Below are positions 1 to 5,249 of a stretch of DNA of 10,504 nucleotides, piece by piece. Both the position numbers and the translations under genes were made by a program. The stretch covers positions 1 to 10,504 of IMG/VR virus record IMGVR_UViG_2541047882_000009. The stretch is one strand, 5' to 3'. The DNA comes from a virus. Lineage: Duplodnaviria; Heunggongvirae; Uroviricota; Caudoviricetes. The notes beneath the pieces were generated by a model. The model saw nothing but the letters and a program-made list of their open reading frames with translations, was not told the origin of the DNA and did no database searches. The number at the start of each line of letters is the position of its first letter. Within the stretch, counting starts at the first letter, position 1.

Positions 1-580
1 TTAATTTATTGAATTTAAACGATAAATATCGCCACAAATAACGTTAAAAATCGCAAATTGACTACACCATTAACTACACCGTTCGGTGCACTGTATGCAA
101 CAACGTGGAACAAATAGACACAAGCGATATACAGGAAGGGACGATTTTTCTATGCAGATTTGCATAGTTCTAAATGAAGCTGGTGGATGATCACGGATAA
201 CCCGTTATGGGGATCACCATATCGACATCACGCCCACCAGCGAGATTAGTTACCTGGTTGCTGATGGGGGGCTGACGAACCTCGATGTCAGGATGCACAA
301 AACTAGTGAGACCTTTTTTCTCTGCAACAGGCCCATAATTCGCGTTTTCTTTGTCTGCCGTAAGGTGGGGGATTTTGGGCGGATCCAGCAATGGCGCGGA
401 TTTTGTTATTTTTTATAGATAGACCTCACCTATCAATCACATGCACATCTTCCCAAAAAAAGTTTTCGAACTTGCGGCGATGTGAACAAGGGTAGGCGGG
501 CGGTCCCATAAGCAATGGGGCGTAGGGATTTCGATCCCCCCGGGGGTATTAAACACCCCCCTATTTAAATACCGTCTTTT

Positions 581-630
581 TTGTCACTGTGTGTCACTGG
601 TTGTCACTCTCCGTCACGGTATGTCACCAT
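581..630. repeat. Five tandem 10-bp direct repeats with GTCAC core (tTGTCACTnn)
   Basis: Seen in sequence: ttgtcactgt, gtgtcactgg, ttgtcactct, ccgtcacggt, atgtcaccat, contiguous at exact 10-bp phasing. One additional TTGTCACTCA copy lies at 1181-1190. Confidence 0.7.
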
Positions 631-633
631 AAG

Positions 634-918
634 TTAACGTCGTAACCGCTCCGGCTTCTTCCAGTGGTAAGTAATTTTTTCTTTCTCCTGGTACATCTGC
701 ACGCGGCGACGGTATGACAACATCTCCAGAACTCTGGTGCGTATATTGCGCATATCCACGCCGTTAAGCTCAATACCGTCACGGCGCATCACCTCAGCCA
801 CCACACGCGCGTAATTTTCGGCTATCACGCTGTCCGGCTGCGTGGCCTCCTGTTTGCCTGCTGCCTGGTTGGCTCCGGTAACGCGGCGAATCATTTTGAG
901 CATTTCGGCTTCGGTCAT
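634..918 (-). CDS. Hypothetical protein, 94 aa (six-frame ORF extends to 948)
   Basis: Seen in sequence: the preferred start is the ATG at 918, with a GGAGG SD 8 nt upstream; the earlier in-frame ATGs at 948 and 924 have no or poorly spaced SDs. No family recognised. An array of GTCAC repeats lies immediately 3-prime. Confidence 0.5.
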   Translation of the reverse strand: MTEAEMLKMIRRVTGANQAAGKQEATQPDSVIAENYARVVAEVMRRDGIELNGVDMRNIRTRVLEMLSYRRRVQMYQEKEKITYHWKKPERLRR

Positions 919-962
919 TGTCATGGCCTCCGTGATGATGGGAAACAATGCCGTAATTGTGG

Positions 963-1165
963 CGGGTCCTTCCTGGAAAATGAAACACCGGGGGTAGCCA
1001 TACGCGCAATTCTTAACTGTTTATGAAAATTTTTCGGGAAAAGTCAGATCCGTTCTTCTTCTCTGTAACTCATTGTTTAATGGTAAAATCATCAAAAAAA
1101 GAAAGGATCTGACAGTGGTCATTTTGGGCCAAAAATGACGTTATCAGATCCTTTCTCAGTTTTGT
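963..1165 (+). other. Second lambda-type cos region in inverted orientation, with different R-site motifs and no cognate terS downstream on its strand
   Basis: Seen in sequence: the plus-strand reading has TACGCGCAATTCTTAACTGTTTATGAAAATTTTTC (1001-1035, identical to the inverted copy at 1914-1948), then CAGATCCGTTCTTCTTC (lambda R3 GGCGTTTCCGTTCTTCTTCG), an AT-rich IHF-like segment, GAAAGGATCTGACAG (lambda R2 GAAAGGAAACGACAG) and TATCAGATCCTTTCTC (lambda R1 CTGTCGTTTCCTTTCTC). The R2/R1 dyad (1101-1112 and 1145-1156) with flanking A and T runs could also act as the terS terminator. Confidence 0.55.
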
Positions 1166-1183
1166 TCAATAATTGCGCGGTTG

Positions 1184-1768
1184 TCACTCACCTTTCTGTT
1201 GCCGTAATTTCTCCGGCACGTTTCCGGTTGTTTCCATCAGGTAGTCTTTCAGAATGCGGGGCAGGTTATCGGCAGTTTTAGCGCACGCATTACAGGCGCG
1301 TGCTGTTTCTTTCCTCAGGCCCTCGATCATTGCCGGAGTCATCGCGGGGAACTGCCTTTGCATTGTGAGCGGTAAACTATCCATGATCGAAGAAATCTGG
1401 CGCGCCAGACCACGAAGCGCATAGAGAACGAACTCAGTATCTGTAACTTCCCCCGCCTCTCTGGCGTTCTTCAGTTCCTGCCCGTCCGCCTGTGCTTTGG
1501 TGAGACGGTAGCGTTCGTACTCTGTTGTGCCTGGCTGTAAATCTGATTCACCAGCAGCACGTAAATCATCAAGCTCCCTGCGGAGTTTTTCGTTTTCGAT
1601 GTCCTTCTCCCTCTGTGCATACCATTCGATCACCTGTGCAGAGTCGAAAGTCACTTCCACACCTTTACCCCCACCAGATACATGGGGAAGCCCTTGCGTT
1701 TGCCATCGTTCAATCGTGCGCGGATCGACGCCAAAAATCTTCGCAAGATTATTTTTATTAACATTCAT
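1184..1768 (-). CDS. terS: Terminase small subunit, lambda Nu1 family, 194 aa
   Basis: Seen in sequence compared with recalled lambda Nu1: [103 protein letters not shown] aligns almost colinearly with [109 protein letters not shown] SD 10 nt upstream. The recognition-helix region differs from lambda. Confidence 0.9.
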   Translation of the reverse strand: [194 protein letters not shown]

Positions 1769-1985
1769 CTATCAATTCCTTATCAAAAACCAGTTCCGAC
1801 ATGAAACGCCAAAAAAACAGGATTTTTGGGCTTTATGATGTCGTATGTTTCTGGTGGTTGATTTTAATAAAAACAAACAGTTATGCGCGAGAAGTACCGA
1901 CATGCTTTTTCCTGAAAAATTTTCATAAACAGTTAAGAATTGCGCGTACACGTACCCCCCGTGTTTCAGATTCTGGAAAGGACCC
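1769..1985 (-). other. Lambda-type cos region (cosN-proximal segment plus cosB with R3-I1-R2-R1 layout) immediately upstream of terS
   Basis: Seen in sequence compared with the recalled lambda left end: the minus-strand reading contains CTGTTTATGAAAATTTTTCAGG (lambda CTATTTATGAAAATTTTCCGG), then CATAACTGTTTGTTTTTATTAAAATCAACC (lambda CATAACTTAATGTTTTTATTTAAAATACC, the IHF I1 region), flanked by three repeats: CATGTCGGTAC (about 1891-1905), inverted ATGTCGTATG (about 1836-1848) and CATGTCGGAAC (about 1790-1804). These occupy the positions of lambda R3, R2 (inverted) and R1, and the terS ATG follows as Nu1 does in lambda. The exact nick positions cannot be assigned. Confidence 0.6.
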
Positions 1986-2011
1986 GTGAAAATTGGGGTG
2001 ATCACCACCGT

Positions 2012-2042
2012 TCCGGACACAAAAAAATCGCGAGGCCTTGCC
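2012..2042 (-). terminator. Rho-independent terminator ending the head operon
   Basis: Seen in sequence: stem CGCGAGG / CCTCGCG (2020-2026 and 2036-2042) with a 9-nt loop; on the minus strand it is followed by a T run (complement of the A run at 2012-2018). It sits about 25 nt after the 141-aa gene stop. Confidence 0.55.
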
Positions 2043-2065
2043 AACCTCGCGAACGTTCATTTCAG

Positions 2066-2491
2066 TTACTTAACAGACAGCAACAGCTTTTCATCTTCGG
2101 TCAGTCCGGCGTTACCATCACCGGCTGCTGGCCCAACACATTTCGGGCTGTGCTTTTCCATGTACGCATCAAACAAAAAAGCCGTTTTCTTTTCCTGCAT
2201 CATTGCCTGGGCATCCACGGCAGCCAGTAACGTTTGTGCATAGGTTACTGTCATTACTTCAGAACCACACTCAATCAGCTTACTGGTGAATTCAGGGTAT
2301 TTTGATGCCAGCGGTAACGCCTTGATACCCTCTATGCGCTGTTTATCACTCTCAGCCTTTGCAGTAAGTACCGTTCGGGCTTCTGTCAGTGATGCGCCAT
2401 TATTTGCGAGATTTTCCGCAAGCGTCGGGTATTTCTGCGCCTCAGGCAGTGCCATGATCAATGCTCTGGTTGAATTTGCTTTCTCAGTCAT
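2066..2491 (-). CDS. Hypothetical protein, 141 aa, with an internal duplicated motif; last gene of the head operon
   Basis: Seen in sequence: GGTGA SD 4 nt upstream and a 14-nt gap after the gpD-like stop. An internal repeat is present: ALPEAQKYPTLAENL and ALPLASKYPEFTSKL. No family recognised; no convincing similarity to lambda FI, FII or W. Confidence 0.55.
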   Translation of the reverse strand: MTEKANSTRALIMALPEAQKYPTLAENLANNGASLTEARTVLTAKAESDKQRIEGIKALPLASKYPEFTSKLIECGSEVMTVTYAQTLLAAVDAQAMMQEKKTAFLFDAYMEKHSPKCVGPAAGDGNAGLTEDEKLLLSVK

Positions 2492-2505
2492 AAATCACCA
2501 CAAAA

Positions 2506-2835
2506 TTATTGCCCTAAAGGCTGCACGGAAATACCGGAACCAACAAAAGCCGACACTTTTTTCTCGAACGTGTCCGCTGTATCAGGCCAGTTAATTTCAT
2601 CGATATTAAAAACCCCGCACTTATAAACCTGTGCGCGGTTTTTTGTGGCCGTGTTAATGTCCGATATGGTCAGATACACCGCCTTACCGGGTGTACCGTC
2701 CCACTCAACCATCAGGCCCGCGCCGTTCTGCATCAGCGGAGTTCTCGCTTTAATTTCTCCGGCACTGGCAAAACAGGCCAGCGTGCTGACCAGTTCCTGC
2801 GTGCCGGAAAGGAATTGCGTGTAAGGTGTTGGCAT
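2506..2835 (-). CDS. Head decoration protein, lambda gpD family, 109 aa
   Basis: Seen in sequence compared with the recalled lambda gpD sequence: TPLM, WDGT, YKCGVF (lambda YKSGTF), WPD/WPE and AFVGSGISV (AFAGTAISIV), at the same length (109 versus 110 aa). It lies immediately downstream of the capsid gene with a good SD. Confidence 0.8.
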   Translation of the reverse strand: MPTPYTQFLSGTQELVSTLACFASAGEIKARTPLMQNGAGLMVEWDGTPGKAVYLTISDINTATKNRAQVYKCGVFNIDEINWPDTADTFEKKVSAFVGSGISVQPLGQ

Positions 2836-2845
2836 ACGATCCCCT

Positions 2846-3901
2846 TTATTTCACTTCGACGGTAACAAAGCGACCAATATCCACGGGTACTGGCTGCGGG
2901 GCGCTGTGCGTCTGCACGTATTCAATCGCCGGATCGCCAGGTACGATATAATTTTTCGGGTAGTACATCCCCTCAGAAAACCCCTCGCGTGCCGCGTCCT
3001 GATCCATGATGGCACCATAAGCAACAAGGCCTTTATTTTCGGTATTGCCGAAAACCATCATGTTTTGTTTCAGGAAATATTGCTGCTGCCCGCATTCGTC
3101 GTCATAACGACCGGAATAAACCACGAGCGCCACATCACCGAGATACCCCTTGAAGCTGACAACGCCGCCCAAATCTTTTAGCGCAAGTTCAAGTGACGAG
3201 TTTGAACCGCGACGCGTGTCCAGGAGTTCGCGGAATCGACGGAACGAGCGCAAAATACGCCAGGCTTCGCCACCCATGACGATAATATTTACCGTACCTT
3301 TGGAAAAATCAGCGTAAGCCTCAATGTCGCTTATCGGATCAAACGTCTCGGCATCCTGTTTTGACCATTCTTTCCCGCCAGCCTGTGTAATGTGATTGGT
3401 TGCGGGTAATCCCCAGTCAATTTCATAACGCTCAATGCCTTCGCCTTCGATAACGTTACGGCCTGTTGTGATGGCATTGACCGCCAGCCATTCAACACGC
3501 GCTTTGATGGCAGCAAGCTGTTTTTTCTGGCTGTCGTGAACCATTTTTACGCGGCGTAGTGCCGGGGAAGACTGACCATTGCCGATCTGTTCTCCAGCCA
3601 TGCGCATGATTGTTTTAGTGGGATCAATAACGTGTTTGGGCTTCATATAACCCGGCGTGAAAGTGTTCGTTGTAAAACCTTTGTCACGCATAACCTGACT
3701 GCCTGACATTGGTGAACAAAACGGACTCATGACCACGTTTTCAATATCCAGCGTATCAAGCGCAATATCTCGCGTACTGAACGTGGCGATATTCGGAAAA
3801 AACAGCGTCGTAAAGAGCGGATTAAATTTAAATTCCGGCACATCTTCTCGCCCGATATTTTTCAGTAGCGTTGGTGTGCTTACCAGTTGTGGCGCTGTCA
3901 T
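2846..3901 (-). CDS. Major capsid protein, lambda gpE family, 351 aa
   Basis: Seen in sequence compared with the recalled lambda gpE sequence: shared blocks FKFNPLF, FTPGYMKPKH (lambda FTPGYVKPKH), ITQAGGKEWSK (ITQSGGTEWSK), DPISDIEAYA (DPTDDIEAYA), VNIIV, DTRRGSNSSLE (DTRRGSNSELE), KGYLGDVALVVYSGRY (KGMYGDVAIVVYSGQY), YPKN, GDPA and SAP, at near-identical length (351 versus 341 aa). Confidence 0.9.
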   Translation of the reverse strand: MTAPQLVSTPTLLKNIGREDVPEFKFNPLFTTLFFPNIATFSTRDIALDTLDIENVVMSPFCSPMSGSQVMRDKGFTTNTFTPGYMKPKHVIDPTKTIMRMAGEQIGNGQSSPALRRVKMVHDSQKKQLAAIKARVEWLAVNAITTGRNVIEGEGIERYEIDWGLPATNHITQAGGKEWSKQDAETFDPISDIEAYADFSKGTVNIIVMGGEAWRILRSFRRFRELLDTRRGSNSSLELALKDLGGVVSFKGYLGDVALVVYSGRYDDECGQQQYFLKQNMMVFGNTENKGLVAYGAIMDQDAAREGFSEGMYYPKNYIVPGDPAIEYVQTHSAPQPVPVDIGRFVTVEVK

Positions 3902-4107
3902 TACTCACCCCCATGAGGCTGATTCATACCAAGCGCAGCGCGTAAATGGCTGCGTACCATCCAGCCGACTGACGGCTTCACCAGGCACAACGGATCAAGG
4001 CCGATTTTTTTTCCTGCCTCTGCGTTCTCCTCAAAGCGCGCATTAAGTGCGGCGATAATATCGGGGCTGATGTACACGGATACACCGCCCGGCTTCTGTG
4101 TTCCCAT
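3901..4107 (-). CDS. Hypothetical small protein, 68 aa, first gene of the head operon
   Basis: Seen in sequence: strong SD (AAGAGGAA) 9 nt upstream; the stop overlaps the capsid gene start (TAATG). No family recognised. Confidence 0.55.
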   Translation of the reverse strand: MGTQKPGGVSVYISPDIIAALNARFEENAEAGKKIGLDPLCLVKPSVGWMVRSHLRAALGMNQPHGGE

Positions 4108-4157
4108 AAATGAGATTCCTCTTTGACTAAAAAAATAAACATAACGAAAAGTCAGTC

Positions 4158-4223
4158 ATGATTTTAATCATCATTGCATTTTTTGCAATGCGATTGACTG
4201 TTGTTGCAAATCATGAAATGATT
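4158..4223 (-). promoter_or_regulatory. Candidate head-operon promoter overlapped by palindromic operator-like sites
   Basis: Seen in sequence: minus-strand sigma70-like promoter with -35 TTGCAA (4183-4188), 16-bp spacer and -10 TAAAAT (complement of 4161-4166). The palindrome ATGATT-TT-AATCAT (4158-4171) covers the -10 and CATTGCA-TTTTT-TGCAATG (4172-4190) covers the -35. A third palindrome AATCAT-GAA-ATGATT (4209-4223) shares the ATGATT half-site. Confidence 0.4.
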
Positions 4224-4284
4224 ATGCCGTGGTTTTAATCCTTGTACCACAGAGTCATTCAGCATTAATCACGTTAGCGGCGTG

Positions 4285-4320
4285 AAATCCCCCGGAACCT
4301 CATCCCGGGGGATTTTTTTT
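4285..4320 (+). terminator. Rho-independent terminator, plus-strand orientation, with no annotated plus-strand gene upstream
   Basis: Seen in sequence: perfect 11-bp stem AAATCCCCCGG / CCGGGGGATTT (4285-4295 and 4305-4315) with a 9-nt loop, followed by a T run to 4320. Confidence 0.55.
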
Positions 4321-4326
4321 ACGCAC

Positions 4327-4352
4327 AAAAAAGCCGGGAAAAATCCCGGCTT
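4327..4352 (-). terminator. Rho-independent terminator ending the replication/ssb operon
   Basis: Seen in sequence: stem AAGCCGGGA / TCCCGGCTT (about 4331-4339 and 4344-4352) with an AAAA loop; on the minus strand it is followed by a T run (complement of the A run at 4325-4332). It sits 15 nt after the ssb stop. Confidence 0.6.
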
Positions 4353-4366
4353 CTGTCACTCGTTGC

Positions 4367-4789
4367 TTAAAACGGTATGTTATCCCCGTACGGATCATCA
4401 TTTCCCGCCTGTTGTTTTGCCCTGTTCAGTGCGTCAGTAGCCTGGCCCTGCTGGCCTTTTTTGCCGCCCGGTCGCGCCGTCCGCGCACTGATTACGCTGT
4501 CTGCGATAACCTGCCAGCCCTGCCGCGTTTCGCCGTTCTGGCCTGTCCACTGGCTTACCTGCATGTTACCCGCCACGCTCACCAGTTCGCCTTTGTGGTG
4601 CTTTGCCAGTGCGTCGGCCTGTCTGCCAAACGCCATGACGGATAACCACATCGTCGCCGTTCCGTCATCTGCCTGGCTGCACGGCAGGGGAACCGCCATA
4701 CTCGCCATCGCCATTTGTGTCCCCTTGCTGGTGGTCTTTAACTGCGGGTCAGCCACCAGCCGCCCGTAAGCCGCTATCTGTGCTGTCAT
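4367..4789 (-). CDS. ssb: Single-stranded DNA-binding protein (short SSB), 140 aa
   Basis: Seen in sequence: OB-fold-like N-terminus (IAAYGRLVADPQLKTTSKG..., WLSVMAFGRQADALAKHHKGELVSVAGNMQVSQWTGQNGETRQ), a Gly/Gln-rich linker and an acidic tail ending DDPYGDNIPF. Established knowledge: this parallels E. coli SSB, including the C-terminal D-D-D-I-P-F protein-interaction tail. Confidence 0.85.
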   Translation of the reverse strand: MTAQIAAYGRLVADPQLKTTSKGTQMAMASMAVPLPCSQADDGTATMWLSVMAFGRQADALAKHHKGELVSVAGNMQVSQWTGQNGETRQGWQVIADSVISARTARPGGKKGQQGQATDALNRAKQQAGNDDPYGDNIPF

Positions 4790-5037
4790 GCTGTCTGTTC
4801 TCCGGTTTTAACGTTGATGGTTGTCACCTGTTCCGCTTCGGCAATCTCCCGCTCTGTCAGCGTGGCAAAGTTTGCCGCCGCCGTGGTCATGAATGCGCTT
4901 ATCAGTTCGGGATGTGCTTTCGCGTATCCTTCTCCGGCATGGCGGTCTATCGTTCTGATTGCCACCTTTAAGGCGTGCTCTGTCATGTCTAATGCGCGAT
5001 ATTTTGGTGCTGTCTTATCTCTGGTTTTTCTGGTCAT
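4786..5037 (-). CDS. Hypothetical protein, 83 aa (the six-frame ORF extends to 5169 but the upstream part is made of iterons)
   Basis: Seen in sequence: the internal Met at 5037 has an AGGTGG SD 4 nt upstream, and the 5-prime extension of the ORF overlaps the iteron array, so the shorter start is preferred. The stop overlaps the ssb start (ATGA). No family recognised. Confidence 0.5.
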   Translation of the reverse strand: MTRKTRDKTAPKYRALDMTEHALKVAIRTIDRHAGEGYAKAHPELISAFMTTAAANFATLTEREIAEAEQVTTINVKTGEQTA

Positions 5038-5040
5038 GCG

Positions 5041-5249
5041 CCCACCTGTGCCCACTTTTTCTACCCACTTTTCATGGTTTCCCACTTCGTCCCACCTGGG
5101 ATTTTGTGGTTTTATATCGTACTGTTTCATAAGAGTTTTTTTAGTGCCCACTTTTTGGGATGTATACACGTGGGAAAGTGGGCGATTTTGTTAAATTCCA
5201 GTTAAATTACCCACTATTCCCACTTTTAACGCCCACTTTTTACAGTGGG
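5041..5249. repeat. Iteron array, about 9 direct and 3 inverted copies of CCCACTTTT-like motif; candidate replication origin
   Basis: Seen in sequence: CCCAC(C/T)T copies starting at about 5041, 5051, 5064, 5081, 5091, 5147, 5210, 5219 and 5232, and inverted GTGGG copies at about 5170, 5178 and 5245. Inference: placement directly downstream of the rep gene stop matches the usual ori position in PICI/SaPI-type elements. Confidence 0.6.

Noticed and set aside
191-391. 66-aa minus-strand ORF
   Set aside because: It begins with TTG, has no recognisable SD, and the translation is Pro-rich with no recognisable motifs. It may lie in host or junction DNA, so I did not call it.
521-561. tRNA-like or att-core-like sequence GGGATTTCGATCCCCCCGGGGG
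   Set aside because: It superficially resembles a T-arm (TTCGA), but the flanking bases do not form a 5-bp T-stem or acceptor stem and no CCA context is present. It could still be part of an att core, which cannot be decided without the other element boundary.
581-630. CRISPR array as an explanation for the short tandem repeats
   Set aside because: The units are 10 bp, contiguous, without spacers, and with no cas genes; the same applies to the 9190-9257 repeats. These are protein-binding-type direct repeats, not CRISPR.
794-1009. 71-aa minus-strand ORF overlapping the 94-aa gene and the left cos repeat
   Set aside because: It is in an alternative frame of a better-supported gene, has an Arg/Gly/His-rich low-complexity translation, and its start lies inside the cos repeat.
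1094-1165. Long hairpin downstream of terS read as a simple bidirectional terminator
   Set aside because: It probably does terminate terS transcription, but its arms align with the inverted R2 and R1 elements of lambda cosB, so I annotated it as part of the second cos region rather than as a stand-alone terminator.
1772-2044. 90-aa minus-strand ORF, with overlapping plus-strand ORFs 1801..1989, 1940..2230 and 1986..2243
   Set aside because: They lie across the cos region and head-operon terminator. The similar N-termini of ORFs 794..1009 and 1940..2230 (MRVWLPPVF and MRVHVPPVF) come from translating the two inverted cos repeat copies, not from gene paralogy.
4108-4290. LexA (SOS) box controlling the head operon, by analogy with SaPI packaging operons
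   Set aside because: I found no CTGT-N8-ACAG motif in the promoter region; the palindromes present have an ATGATT half-site instead.
4377-4971. Plus-strand ORFs antisense to ssb and the 83-aa gene (4377..4769, 4412..4645, 4717..4971, 4814..5194)
   Set aside because: They are antisense to genes with clear homology or operon context, have Cys/Pro/Ser-rich translations and no ribosome-binding sites.
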